A stretch of 64,000 bases of DNA from Gammaproteobacteria bacterium (GTDB taxonomy: Bacteria > Pseudomonadota > Gammaproteobacteria > SZUA-229): NCBI GenBank assembly GCA_026995045.1, contig JALWPK010000137.1:83-64082 (forward strand), read 5' to 3'. Of the stretch, positions 1-9,560 are shown piece after piece. Each line of letters begins with the position of its first letter. Positions within the stretch are counted from its first letter, which is position 1. The translations under genes and the position numbers were made by a program. Under the pieces are notes generated by a model. The model ran no database searches, was not told the DNA's origin, and saw only the letters and a program-made list of their open reading frames with translations.

Positions 1-1
1 A

Positions 2-1393
2 TCGCATGTATGGATTATCGATGATGACGATTCCATCCGCTGGGTGTTGCAAAAAGCGCTGGAAGCCGCCGGCATGCGGGTCACGTCGTTCGCCAACGCC
101 GACGCCGTGCTGCAACAATTGCAGAGCGGAGAGCCCGACGCCATCATCACCGATGTGCGCATGCCTGGCATGGACGGCCTGACCCTGCTCGGCAAACTGT
201 CTACCGAGTGGCCGCACATCCCGGTGATTATCATGACGGCGCACACGGATCTCGACAGCGCGGTTTCCGCCTATCAGGGCGGCGCATTCGAATACCTGCC
301 CAAACCATTTGACATCGATGAAGCCGTTGAACTGGCGCAGCGCGCCTGCGCGCACAAAAACGACACCACCGCAGATGATGGCGACTTACACGGCAGCATG
401 CCCGAAATTATCGGCGAAGCTCCCGCCATGCAGGAAGTGTTCCGCGCAATAGGTCGGCTGTCGAATTCCAATATCAATGTGTTGATAACCGGCGAATCCG
501 GCACCGGCAAGGAACTGGTGGCGTTGTCGCTGCACAAACACAGCCCGCGCGCCAACAACGAATTTATCGCCCTCAATACCGCCGCCATTCCCAAAGACCT
601 GCTCGAATCCGAACTCTTCGGTCACGAGAAAGGCGCGTTCACCGGCGCGCAGGCGCAACGCAAGGGGCGGTTTGAACAGGCCGACGGCGGCACATTATTT
701 CTTGATGAAATCGGCGACATGCCCGCCGACCTGCAAACCCGTTTGCTGCGCGTGCTCGCCGACGGCATTTTTTATCGCGTCGGCGGACACACGCCGGTCA
801 AGGTTGATGTGCGCATCATCGCCGCCACCCATCAGGATCTGGAATCGCATGTTCAGCAAGGCCTGTTTCGAGAAGACCTGTTTCACCGGCTCAATGTGAT
901 ACGCATACAATTGCCGCCGTTGCGGGATCGCAGGGAAGACATCCCCGCGCTGCTCAACCTGTTCATGCAACGCGCCACCCGCGAATTGCAGGTTGAACAC
1001 AAAACCTTTTTGCCGGAAGTGGTGGATTATCTGTCTTCGCTGGACTGGCCGGGCAACGTGCGTCAGCTTGAAAACACCTGTCACTGGCTGGCGGTGATGA
1101 CATCGGGTCAGCAGATACACCTGTCCGACCTGCCGCCTGAATTACAACCCGGCTTTCAGCAGGGCAGCCAGACCGGCGTCACCAGCTGGCAAGATGCGCT
1201 GCAACAACACCTGCAACAGTCGCTGGCGCAGGGCAAACAACAGGTCGCCACCGACATTATCCCGCAGGTTGAGAAAATTCTGATTGACGCCGCGCTGGAG
1301 CACACCGGCGGCAAAAAACACGAAGCCGCCAAACTGCTGGGCTGGGGAAGAAACACACTAACGCGCAAACTCAAGGAACAGCAAACCGGCTGA
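2..1393 (+). CDS. glnG: Nitrogen regulation protein NR(I) NtrC, 5' end cut by window edge
   Basis: Frame open from base 2 ([15 protein letters not shown]); receiver Asp in IITDVRMPG; GESGTGKE Walker A; [15 protein letters not shown]; C-terminal [15 protein letters not shown] typical of NtrC. Confidence 0.95.
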   Translation, partial: SHVWIIDDDDSIRWVLQKALEAAGMRVTSFANADAVLQQLQSGEPDAIITDVRMPGMDGLTLLGKLSTEWPHIPVIIMTAHTDLDSAVSAYQGGAFEYLPKPFDIDEAVELAQRACAHKNDTTADDGDLHGSMPEIIGEAPAMQEVFRAIGRLSNSNINVLITGESGTGKELVALSLHKHSPRANNEFIALNTAAIPKDLLESELFGHEKGAFTGAQAQRKGRFEQADGGTLFLDEIGDMPADLQTRLLRVLADGIFYRVGGHTPVKVDVRIIAATHQDLESHVQQGLFREDLFHRLNVIRIQLPPLRDRREDIPALLNLFMQRATRELQVEHKTFLPEVVDYLSSLDWPGNVRQLENTCHWLAVMTSGQQIHLSDLPPELQPGFQQGSQTGVTSWQDALQQHLQQSLAQGKQQVATDIIPQVEKILIDAALEHTGGKKHEAAKLLGWGRNTLTRKLKEQQTG

Positions 1394-1455
1394 CAGCCAC
1401 CGCCAACCAGTTGCGCTCGCAATGCAGCATGTAACACGAGAGCATTGTCTGTGTT

Positions 1456-2178
1456 TTATGCCTCCACGCTTTCGATACTGCGCATATACGCCTGTTCCAG
1501 GTTGTCCGCCTGGTATTTTTCAATAAATGCCGTGGTTGTTCCGCTATAGGTGATTTTATTCTGATGCAACACCGCCATGGTGTCGCTCAACTCGTCCACG
1601 TCGGCCAGCACATGCGAGCTGAAAAACACGGTCATCTGTTCATCGCGCATGTCGGCCAGCAGCTGCTTGAACAGATAGCGGGATTTGGGGTCCAGCCCGC
1701 TCATGGGCTCGTCCAGAATTAACAGCGATTTACCGCTAAGCAAACAGGAAGCGAGACCGAGTTTCTGCGTCATGCCTTTCGACAGCTTGCCGACTGACTT
1801 GCCCAGAATGCTTTCATCCAGCTCCAGCCTGTTCAGCACCTGCAACACCTGGTTGCGGCTTTTTTTGCTGCCGTGCAGGGCAAGCATGTAGTCGAGAAAA
1901 TCCTGGCAACGCAGATGCGGCGGCGGACTGAACCGGTCGGGCAGATACGCCACCCTGTCACGCGCCTGCACCTTGCGATGCGACACGCCATACAAACTGA
2001 TTGCGCCGCTGTCTATCGCCAGCAAATCCAGTATGGCCTTGATCAGGGTCGACTTGCCGCTGCCATTCATGCCGACCAGGCCGGTAAACTCTCCCTGCCT
2101 GACCGCCAGCTGGAGATTCTGCAACACCATTTGTTTGCCAAACGATTTGCTGACCTGTTCGCACTGGATTGCATTCAT
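1456..2178 (-). CDS. ABC transporter ATP-binding protein (PilH/XapD-like, pilus-associated)
   Basis: GMNGSGKST Walker A, LSKGM signature, LILDEP Walker B, SSH loop; directly downstream of the pilin. Confidence 0.85.
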   Translation of the reverse strand: MNAIQCEQVSKSFGKQMVLQNLQLAVRQGEFTGLVGMNGSGKSTLIKAILDLLAIDSGAISLYGVSHRKVQARDRVAYLPDRFSPPPHLRCQDFLDYMLALHGSKKSRNQVLQVLNRLELDESILGKSVGKLSKGMTQKLGLASCLLSGKSLLILDEPMSGLDPKSRYLFKQLLADMRDEQMTVFFSSHVLADVDELSDTMAVLHQNKITYSGTTTAFIEKYQADNLEQAYMRSIESVEA

Positions 2179-2208
2179 GATTCGATGTTATCGATTTGTC
2201 GCTTCAAC

Positions 2209-2234
2209 AAAAAGAGCCCGCAAGCGGGCTCTTT
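2209..2234 (-). terminator. Intrinsic terminator after major pilin
   Basis: Minus strand AAAGAGCCCG-CTTG-CGGGCTCTTT followed by TTGTT. Confidence 0.8.
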
Positions 2235-2258
2235 GAGATTATATGTGGCGCACTGTAA

Positions 2259-2948
2259 TCAGAAATTTCTGAATACTGCAGCACAATTCGAGCTGGGAGA
2301 CTGCAACTCGTAGTTGGCGCCATTTTTACAGGCGGTTTCATCTGCTGCAATCCAGCCAGCGCCGGCAACACCCAGCTGCATTGCTCCGGTGCCGGCAGCG
2401 CCATCATCCACTTTTCTGTCCAGTTCGGCCAGCACTTCAACCGGGATACCTCGGCCAGTAATCAATTCATGCGCATTAACCGTGCCGGACTGCACCATCG
2501 TGCCATAGCTTAGATTCATTCCCGCGCCGAATCCGTTATCCGGACAAACCGTTACCTGGCAGTCATAAGCATCAGCAGCAACGGTTTGGGTATCATCGGA
2601 ATACCCGCCGGTGAGATAACCTGCTGCTTCAAGATGCACCCATACCCGGGCGCGTTCCGCGTCAGTGTTAACCAGTCCGTTAGCGTCACCGCCATCAGGC
2701 GCGCCCGGCAGGTTGACGTTGGATAGCGCCGTCAAATAGTCGCCCGGAAAAGCGCGGTAGCGATCCTGAAAACTGAACCATGCCGCTGTAATACCATCCA
2801 CTGTATTGTTCAGCGCGCGCACGCGTGCCGTATTAATCAGCTCCTGCCCCTTGAGCACGCCGCCGAGCAGCAGGCCGATAATAACCAGCACGATGGCGAT
2901 TTCGATAAGTGTAAAGCCGCCCTGTTTATTCTTTGTTATGTTCATCAT
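2259..2948 (-). CDS. Type IV prepilin, probable major pilin of the locus
   Basis: KQGG/FTLIEIAIVLVIIGLLLGG class III signal peptide with E5; 4 Cys; has its own promoter and terminator. Confidence 0.9.
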   Translation of the reverse strand: MMNITKNKQGGFTLIEIAIVLVIIGLLLGGVLKGQELINTARVRALNNTVDGITAAWFSFQDRYRAFPGDYLTALSNVNLPGAPDGGDANGLVNTDAERARVWVHLEAAGYLTGGYSDDTQTVAADAYDCQVTVCPDNGFGAGMNLSYGTMVQSGTVNAHELITGRGIPVEVLAELDRKVDDGAAGTGAMQLGVAGAGWIAADETACKNGANYELQSPSSNCAAVFRNF

Positions 2949-3003
2949 GTTCGTATTCTCTGCAAGTCAGCGCATCACTGATAAATTGTATTTATCGTAA
3001 TTC

Positions 3004-3020
3004 AGCAATTACCATACCAA
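3004..3020 (-). promoter_or_regulatory. Sigma-54 (-24/-12) promoter of the pilin gene
   Basis: Minus strand TTGGTATGGTAATTGCT = GG-N10-GC, 56 bp upstream of the ATG. Confidence 0.75.
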
Positions 3021-3067
3021 CTAGTTATAGCCTACAAATGTTCGATTTGCAGTGTAATATCAACCCT

Positions 3068-3829
3068 TTATCGGCTTTCTTGTGTCGAGTTTTCAACACT
3101 TTGACGAACATCTGACGCCTTTTCTTCCAGCGTGGCTATTTTGTTGGTGAGAAACTGAATTTCATACGGATCGGTGATTTCCCCGCTTGCTATCAGCGCG
3201 CCAACCAGTATCTTTGCGGCTTCGACCTGTCCCATGTCTTCCAGCACGATAATTTTCATGTCGCGCGCCCAGTAGGGGATGTTGGCGTCCCTGTCCGCCT
3301 CGGCCAGCGCATGCGCGTATTTGAGCGCCAGCTCCATATCCCTGAGTTCATGCTTGGCGGTGATCACCGCATGCGCCAGCCAGCGCCAGTGTTTTTTCGG
3401 GTTCTGCCTGAATTTGAAAAAAATATATTCCAGCATTTTGCGCTGCCGCGGCGGATCGAACACGCTGCCATACACCCTTGCCGCCACCAGCATCGGATAA
3501 TGGCCGTCCGGATCCAGCGCCAGGATGGTGTCCAGCCATTTGATGATGCGGTCGTAATCGAGTTGGCGAAACGGAATGCTGACCCCGGGCTGGTTATCAA
3601 ACGCCTGCAACCACAGATTGAGTATCTTCGCCATCGCCACCGGCTCGCCCAGCGAGACGAGCGCATAGGTTCGCGGCGACATCGGATTGGGAAGGTCTTC
3701 CGCCCTGGCCGCCACTGGCTCTTGCTGGCTGTGCCACGCCAGTTGCAGCATCAGCATGATAACCAGCAGCCAGCGTATGCTGACGGGCACATCACGGATA
3801 CCGCGCTCCTTGTCGAAAACCAGGTTCAT
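3068..3829 (-). CDS. Membrane-anchored helical hypothetical protein (PilG/XapA-like position)
   Basis: 253 aa, single N-terminal hydrophobic segment, helical-repeat-like body; lies between ABC permease and pilin. Confidence 0.7.
   Translation of the reverse strand: MNLVFDKERGIRDVPVSIRWLLVIMLMLQLAWHSQQEPVAARAEDLPNPMSPRTYALVSLGEPVAMAKILNLWLQAFDNQPGVSIPFRQLDYDRIIKWLDTILALDPDGHYPMLVAARVYGSVFDPPRQRKMLEYIFFKFRQNPKKHWRWLAHAVITAKHELRDMELALKYAHALAEADRDANIPYWARDMKIIVLEDMGQVEAAKILVGALIASGEITDPYEIQFLTNKIATLEEKASDVRQSVENSTQESR
3083..3117. promoter_or_regulatory. Putative enhancer sites for a sigma-54 activator, inside the 3' end of the upstream CDS
   Basis: TGTCGAGTTTTCAACA (TGT-N10-ACA, 3083-3098) and a degenerate second copy TGACGAACATCTGACG (3102-3117), starting about 64 bp above the -24 element. 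Confidence 0.5.
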
Positions 3830-3832
3830 TCG

Positions 3833-4609
3833 TCAGAAATTTTTCCGGTAAAAATCAAACAGGGCGATGCTTGACAACAAGCCGAGAAAGATCAGGGTTT
3901 GGCCCAACACCGGCGCCAGCAACGACCAGTCGCTGACGGCGCCGGTGAGCCAGGAGGTTTGGGTATAACGATGCAGATCCGGCAGTAGCCAGGTCAGCAT
4001 TTCGATAAAGCCGTCCATGAATTTCTGCGCCGCAGTGGTTTGCTGCAAAATCGGGTACTTCACCATCAGATAGATGGATGTTGTTATGCGGGCGGCGATG
4101 TAGATGATAAACACGCCCGCCAGCGCAGGCGGTATCTGGCTGAAGGTAAACAACATGACCAGTGACAGCGCCACTACCAGCATCAACTCCATAAACAGCG
4201 ACAGGCTCCAGATCAGCACCGAGTCCGCCGACGCGTACCACAGCAGCAACAAACCAAACACGGCGCTGACCAGCATGGCCACCACCACAAACCCCGCCAG
4301 TTTGCCAAAATAATACTGGCTTCGATGAATCGGCATGGCCAGTATCATTTCCAGGGTTTTGTCCTGCAGCTCGCGCACGCAGCTGGAAACCACGAACATC
4401 GCCACCACAACCACTGAGCACAAGCGCAGAAACGCGGCCAGTATCGCCACCTGTGTCACTCGGTGCTCGGTAATGGCGAGGTCGCCGATGAATTCCACCA
4501 TGGCAAAACTGATTGCCGTAACCAGCAGCAACAGCAGCAGCAGCCGGTTTCGCATTGCTTCGACTATGGTAAATTTGGCTATCACCGTGACGGGCGCCAG
4601 AATATGCAA
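3833..4609 (-). CDS. ABC-2 type permease (PilI-like)
   Basis: About 6 TM segments; ELQDKTLEMILAMPIHRSQYYFGK EAA-like motif; C-terminal FDFYRKNF. Confidence 0.85.
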   Translation of the reverse strand: MHILAPVTVIAKFTIVEAMRNRLLLLLLLVTAISFAMVEFIGDLAITEHRVTQVAILAAFLRLCSVVVVAMFVVSSCVRELQDKTLEMILAMPIHRSQYYFGKLAGFVVVAMLVSAVFGLLLLWYASADSVLIWSLSLFMELMLVVALSLVMLFTFSQIPPALAGVFIIYIAARITTSIYLMVKYPILQQTTAAQKFMDGFIEMLTWLLPDLHRYTQTSWLTGAVSDWSLLAPVLGQTLIFLGLLSSIALFDFYRKNF

Positions 4610-4644
4610 AACCTTGTGCCTCCCCGAATCTCATCTATCATCCG

Positions 4645-4671
4645 TTAACAGGTAGTTGAAAAGCCTGTTAA
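4645..4671. repeat. Inverted repeat resembling the collapsed ends of the short element at 6414-6560
   Basis: TTAACAGG-TAGTTGAAAAG-CCTGTTAA. Confidence 0.35.
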
Positions 4672-4715
4672 AACAGGGATGATGCTATTATTCAACAAAT
4701 TGTAGGCAAGCAGGC

Positions 4716-6407
4716 ATGAATTTGCACCCCGCAGGCGGGCTTTTAAAACACGAATTCAGATTGCTTGGCCTGATGGTCGCCAGCTTGCTGGCGGCTATTG
4801 TGTTTATCGATGACAGCACGCTGTCGCGCAGCCTGTTAATCATCCATTTTGGCTTCTTTCTTCTGTGGCAGCCCATCCTGGCGCAACAGGAGTCATTCAG
4901 TTTCCGTAACCTGCTGGTTTTGGCCGGTTTTCTGGCCGGGTTTTTAATCTGGTTTAACTTGTGGGTCGCCACATTCTGGATACTGTTGTTAATGAGCCTG
5001 CTTACCGGGCGCATATTCGCACGTGGCCTGCGCCGGGCGATATACGGCGTCGCAGTCATTATCCTGTTTCTTGAAATTACCCTGGTCATTACCCCGCACC
5101 TGTTTCAACTCAAGGCGCTGGGAGACGAGCTTGAAACTGTTTTGCAGTCCGCCATGATCGGCGCTTCACTGTTGCTGCTGTTCAGCAAGGCCGATCAGCA
5201 GCATGCTACACATGTCGATTTCATCCGCGGCTTTATGGTGATATTGCTGATATTGTTCCTGTGCATGGGCAGTGTGCTCAGCACCTACAATACCGGCAAC
5301 CAGTATTTGCCCTCGCTGGCGACAACGATTGTTATCGCCGCTCTGTTCATGCTGGCCACGGCAATTCTGTGGACGCCGCGCGCCGGTTTTACCGGACTGG
5401 CGCAGTTGTGGGAAAAATATCTGCTTAATATCGGCGGCCCGTTTGAGCAATGGGTGTCACAACTGGCTGCGCTGGAAGCCAACACCAATATCAAGCCGGA
5501 CAGCTTTCTGCAAGCCAGCATTCAGTATTTGCTGGATCGTCACTGGATTTGCGGCGTCTACTGGAAGACCGGGCGCAGGGAGTCGATGCAGGGCAAACAA
5601 AGCAATCACCATGTTTCTTATGCAGACAGCAAGCTGCGCATCACGCTGTATGCCTACAACCCGATCGGCCCGGCGCTGATGCTGCACACCAAGCTGCTTC
5701 TCAGCGTACTGACTTTTTATCACCGCGCCAAACTGCAGGAGCAACAGCTTATCAAACAGGCGCATTTGCGCGCGATTTATGAAACCGGCTCCAAGTTGAC
5801 ACACGACATCAAAAATATTCTGCAGTCCACGCAAATGCTGACGCAAGTCATCGCTGATGAACAAACCTCTGTAGATGATGCGCGCAATCTGCTTTCCTAT
5901 CAACTTCCGCTGCTGACCCAACGCTTGAAAACCACACTGGAAAAACTAACTACCCCAGTGCAGGCGGACTCTGAGCAAAAACCGTTGTCGGTCTGGTTTC
6001 AGTCATTACAGTCGCGCTACGCCGGCCGCGACATTGTGTTTGAGGCCGACATCCGGCATGACGCCATGATTCCGGTTGAGCTGTTCGACACGATTGTGGA
6101 AAACCTGCTGGACAACGCGCGCACCAAACGCATCAACACCCCCGGGTTGTCAATTCAGGTATCCCTGCGGTCAGACAGCGCCGGTATCGAGTTGTGCGTT
6201 ACTGACACAGGCGACGCCGTCGCCGATGAGATTGCTGACCAGTTATTCCATGAAGTCATCAACTCGGAAAACGGCTTTGGCATCGGCCTGTACCAGTCGC
6301 GCCAGCTCGCCATGCGACAGGGGTACGAACTGCATTTGACAAATAATGTAAAGGGAGCGGTTCGTTTCAGCCTCAGCAGCCGGCAAAGCCAGGCGTCAGC
6401 CGTCTAG
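4716..6407 (+). CDS. Multi-pass membrane sensor histidine kinase (PrsK-like motifs)
   Basis: Many N-terminal TMs; H-box THDIKNIL; N-box ENLLDNA; VTDTG; GFGIGLYQSRQL. Confidence 0.9.
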   Translation: MNLHPAGGLLKHEFRLLGLMVASLLAAIVFIDDSTLSRSLLIIHFGFFLLWQPILAQQESFSFRNLLVLAGFLAGFLIWFNLWVATFWILLLMSLLTGRIFARGLRRAIYGVAVIILFLEITLVITPHLFQLKALGDELETVLQSAMIGASLLLLFSKADQQHATHVDFIRGFMVILLILFLCMGSVLSTYNTGNQYLPSLATTIVIAALFMLATAILWTPRAGFTGLAQLWEKYLLNIGGPFEQWVSQLAALEANTNIKPDSFLQASIQYLLDRHWICGVYWKTGRRESMQGKQSNHHVSYADSKLRITLYAYNPIGPALMLHTKLLLSVLTFYHRAKLQEQQLIKQAHLRAIYETGSKLTHDIKNILQSTQMLTQVIADEQTSVDDARNLLSYQLPLLTQRLKTTLEKLTTPVQADSEQKPLSVWFQSLQSRYAGRDIVFEADIRHDAMIPVELFDTIVENLLDNARTKRINTPGLSIQVSLRSDSAGIELCVTDTGDAVADEIADQLFHEVINSENGFGIGLYQSRQLAMRQGYELHLTNNVKGAVRFSLSSRQSQASAV

Positions 6408-6413
6408 CCAGAC

Positions 6414-6560
6414 CTGACAGATTGTTGAAAATGTCTCAGGTGAGTGTGAGACAAGGCAAAATCTGGTGAAAAAAGCACAGTTTACGAGCGGCATATGAGC
6501 ACTTTGAGCCGGGTTTTAACGCCGCGTCACGCCGTATGAGGTTTTGCAGCAGCCTGCTAG
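6414..6560. mobile_element. Degenerate MITE-like element of about 147 bp
   Basis: Imperfect terminal inverted repeats CAGATTGTTGAAAA ... TTTTGCAGCAGCCTG; ends in CTAG, which supplies the stop codon of the adjacent gene; non-coding, between convergent genes. Confidence 0.55.
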
Positions 6561-7327
6561 GGTAAAGCGCCGGCCTCTACCATCTTCGCCTTCAGTTCGT
6601 ATTCGGAGATCCAGATAACAATGTCATCAAATACCCCGCCGTCAGTATCCGCATCTTCATCCGTTGGCGGACGCTTGATGAACACCGCATTCAGGTCAAC
6701 ATTGTCCTGCTCATCCACATTAGCGGCAGGGATGCCCGGTTGAATGGTATTGGCGGAACTGATCGCGCCATAACCGTTTTTTCCGTGAGACAATAACACT
6801 GCGGCGACATTGCTCGCCAGGGTTTCTGTTGCCGTACCATCGTTGGTTCTTTTTTCAATTGCGCCGACCGCCGTGTCGTTCAGGCTAAAGCTTGCCGCGC
6901 CGCTGCCATCGCGTGCAAACGTGTCATCCACCCAATAGCGGTAACGGTTTCCCCAGGCATCCTTGTCCGCCAGCCCGAGCGTCACCCACGGCAAGGTTCC
7001 GACACGGTTGCCAACCGAGCAGGAGCCGTTCACCCGCCTGTCTTCGATGCCATCCCTCGCTGTACCGTTCGGACACAATATGGCGTTGATACAATCTGGA
7101 CAGGGCAGGTAAGGCGAGGGCTGACTGAGCGCATAGCCAATCATCGCTTGTTTGGCCAGCTCCAGTTCATCGCGCGTATCCGCAACCCGGGTATTATCGA
7201 TACGCGAACTCAAGGTGCTGATAAAGCTACCCGCCAGCATACCAATGATGACCAGCACGATAGCCAGCTCAATCAGGGTAAAGCCTGTCTGTTTGTTCAG
7301 CGTCAGCATCATGGCGCCAGCACCCAT
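6557..7327 (-). CDS. Minor prepilin-like protein
   Basis: KQTG/FTLIELAIVLVIIG; YLPCPDC, GTLPWVTLGL, DAWGNRYRY motifs; true start probably MMLTLNK, slightly downstream. Confidence 0.88.
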   Translation of the reverse strand: MGAGAMMLTLNKQTGFTLIELAIVLVIIGMLAGSFISTLSSRIDNTRVADTRDELELAKQAMIGYALSQPSPYLPCPDCINAILCPNGTARDGIEDRRVNGSCSVGNRVGTLPWVTLGLADKDAWGNRYRYWVDDTFARDGSGAASFSLNDTAVGAIEKRTNDGTATETLASNVAAVLLSHGKNGYGAISSANTIQPGIPAANVDEQDNVDLNAVFIKRPPTDEDADTDGGVFDDIVIWISEYELKAKMVEAGALP

Positions 7328-8544
7328 ACAAAGTCTTCCGCTTCACTGGCGTCGAATATACTGTCCTGAACAGTATTGTCATTTTCGCCTTCAAAATAAT
7401 CGGATGGCGAACTGCTCGGCGCAGGCAGCCCGTGACGGCCACTGAATACGATTACCGCCTGTTTATCATTGTTCGGCGCCGCTGTGTTATTCACTGTCAG
7501 GCAATCCACCCCGGGGCTGCAGTCTGCGGTTGAAGCGGTGGCGTAATAGCTATTCAGGTGCCATTTTTCATTGGCTATCCATTCTGGCAGCAGGTTTTCG
7601 GCGCAACCGCCCGCATCCCATTCATTATCATCAACCGGGAGATGGCCTTGCAGGTTGCCCGCCTGCCTGACAAAAGAACCGTCCAGTTGTGTTGAATCAA
7701 ATGGCGTCGCTTCTGGCCAGTAACCGCAATTGCCGCGAAACGCCGTGACAGCATCGGCGATATCGCCTGCAACCTTTGCGTGCATGTATGCGGCCATATC
7801 CGCGTAGGTTATTACTTCAATCATATCGTTAACGATGATATTGCCGGCGGCGTCGCGCACCGGGCCGGGCATCAGCCCATTCACACTGTCGCCATTCTCA
7901 AAATCCACATTGTCTTCTTCGTTTGCGGTATTGAAAAAAGCGATATCCAGATAGTTCCTGGGATCAAGCCTGTCAGCGTTCGTGGCGCGTGTCTGCACGT
8001 ATCCATCCTGCCTGACCAATGCTTTGCCTGGCGAAATAATCACGGCGATAATCCCGTCCGGCCCCGCGCCATCGTTAACAGACAAACTGCCATCACGGTT
8101 TTTCAGGGTGATGCGTCCGGTCGTTGCAGTATTGATAGTGGTGACGCCTGCCGTGCCAAAATTGTTGCTGACGGCATACCACAATCGCTCATTGTTTCCG
8201 TCCCGCAGATCATCCATGCCCAGATCGCGGTATGGTAATCTGCCCGGACTCTCGATAAACGCATTGCAGCCCAAATCCTTGGCGCCGTCATCATTGGTAT
8301 CCGGGCATGGAAGCTTGCCGGGGCCTTCATCGCCTGTGCCTTCAATCGCGGTGTAGTTCATTGCATACGCCAGCAACGCCTGTTTGGCCCTGACCAACGC
8401 CTCACGGGTAACCTGCTGCCGTTTTATCTGCTGCTCCTCGGCTGAAACACCGGTCAAAAAATAAGCGATGGAGGCCAGCGCCAGCGCAATGACAAACACC
8501 AGGAGCGCCAGACCCGACTGCTGCTTGTACAGCGCGCTGTTCAT
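7309..8544 (-). CDS. Large minor pilin / PilX-GspK-like tip protein
   Basis: QQSG/LALLVFVIALAL prepilin-like signal lacking E5; LPCPDTNDDG and GRLPYRDLG motifs shared with the neighbour. Confidence 0.75.
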   Translation of the reverse strand: MNSALYKQQSGLALLVFVIALALASIAYFLTGVSAEEQQIKRQQVTREALVRAKQALLAYAMNYTAIEGTGDEGPGKLPCPDTNDDGAKDLGCNAFIESPGRLPYRDLGMDDLRDGNNERLWYAVSNNFGTAGVTTINTATTGRITLKNRDGSLSVNDGAGPDGIIAVIISPGKALVRQDGYVQTRATNADRLDPRNYLDIAFFNTANEEDNVDFENGDSVNGLMPGPVRDAAGNIIVNDMIEVITYADMAAYMHAKVAGDIADAVTAFRGNCGYWPEATPFDSTQLDGSFVRQAGNLQGHLPVDDNEWDAGGCAENLLPEWIANEKWHLNSYYATASTADCSPGVDCLTVNNTAAPNNDKQAVIVFSGRHGLPAPSSSPSDYFEGENDNTVQDSIFDASEAEDFVWVLAP

Positions 8545-8550
8545 GCCTGC

Positions 8551-8937
8551 TTATTCGCCGGCCTGATTATCTGACCAGCTTTCCCCGGGCTTGACCCGCA
8601 CCAGCTTTCCGTCCACCAGCATCACCACCGATTTTTCGGAGCTGCGTGAACGCAAGACCTTGACGCCATCACTTGCGCCCCGGTTAACGCGGCCATTCAC
8701 CCACACCACACTGCCGCCTTTACTGCTTTTGACTATGCCATTGACCTTGATATGGCTTGGGCTGGCATGTTCGCTCGCAGGCGTATCCGCCGCCTTGCCC
8801 TTGCGCAGGCGATCAATCTGGTGACGTTGTTTTACTGTTGTGAACAATGTACCGAGATCAGATTCCCGAAACAATGTATCAGCAGATGCGGCTGCGCCGC
8901 AGATGAACAATGCCAACGTTATCAGACTACGCATCAT
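8551..8937 (-). CDS. Exported pilus-assembly hypothetical protein (PilP/MshK-like position)
   Basis: Signal peptide ending ASA; LGTLFTT and NGIVK..WVNG beta motifs; overlapping operon arrangement. Confidence 0.65.
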   Translation of the reverse strand: MMRSLITLALFICGAAASADTLFRESDLGTLFTTVKQRHQIDRLRKGKAADTPASEHASPSHIKVNGIVKSSKGGSVVWVNGRVNRGASDGVKVLRSRSSEKSVVMLVDGKLVRVKPGESWSDNQAGE

Positions 8938-9560
8938 CCCTTTGCCTTTTTCGATTTTGTTGCGCGGATGGTATACCAGCTCAGCTCACAATATGCTTTC
9001 ATGTTATTGGTTGATGCTGCTGTGCTGTGCTTGAGATCCGAGCCGGCGCGCTCAACATCACATTTATCGACAAGAAACAAGCCATTGGCTTTTTCCTGCA
9101 GGTTATTCAGCATGGCGAACAGGTCGCCTTCATGACCCATCTTGATGTCCATGGTCATGGTGCTACGATAGAGATCCAGCCCCTTGAATGCTTTCGCCAC
9201 TGCGCGCTTGTCCAGCTGTGTCTGACTGGACACACTGTATTTCACCGATGGCATCCCTCTGGATTCAGATGTCGCCTGTATCGCCTCATACCAGCTCAAA
9301 CGGTCTTCCTTGCCAATAACGCCATGATTGATCAGCTGAAGATACTCTGATTCGTAAGCGTCGATGATGCTGTTGTTATGACGCGAACTGCTGACGCGGT
9401 TTTTCCATATCTTCATCGCCCGCTTCGCATCCATCATGTCCTCCCTGGCCGAGTCCATGTAAACATAGGAAAAGCTGGCCATGCCTATCACAAATACCAA
9501 GGTAACAATGAACACATAGACCGCGCGTGAAAGATACGGGTGTACGTTATCAAGCATCAT
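8934..9560 (-). CDS. PilO/MshJ-like inner-membrane alignment protein
   Basis: One TM, coiled coil, ferredoxin-like C-terminus; operon position after the PilM/N-like gene. Confidence 0.65.
   Translation of the reverse strand: MMLDNVHPYLSRAVYVFIVTLVFVIGMASFSYVYMDSAREDMMDAKRAMKIWKNRVSSSRHNNSIIDAYESEYLQLINHGVIGKEDRLSWYEAIQATSESRGMPSVKYSVSSQTQLDKRAVAKAFKGLDLYRSTMTMDIKMGHEGDLFAMLNNLQEKANGLFLVDKCDVERAGSDLKHSTAASTNNMKAYCELSWYTIRATKSKKAKG

Noticed and set aside
2259-2948. Conductive e-pilin
   Set aside because: Long globular pilin with no aromatic residues in the N-terminal helix apart from F1
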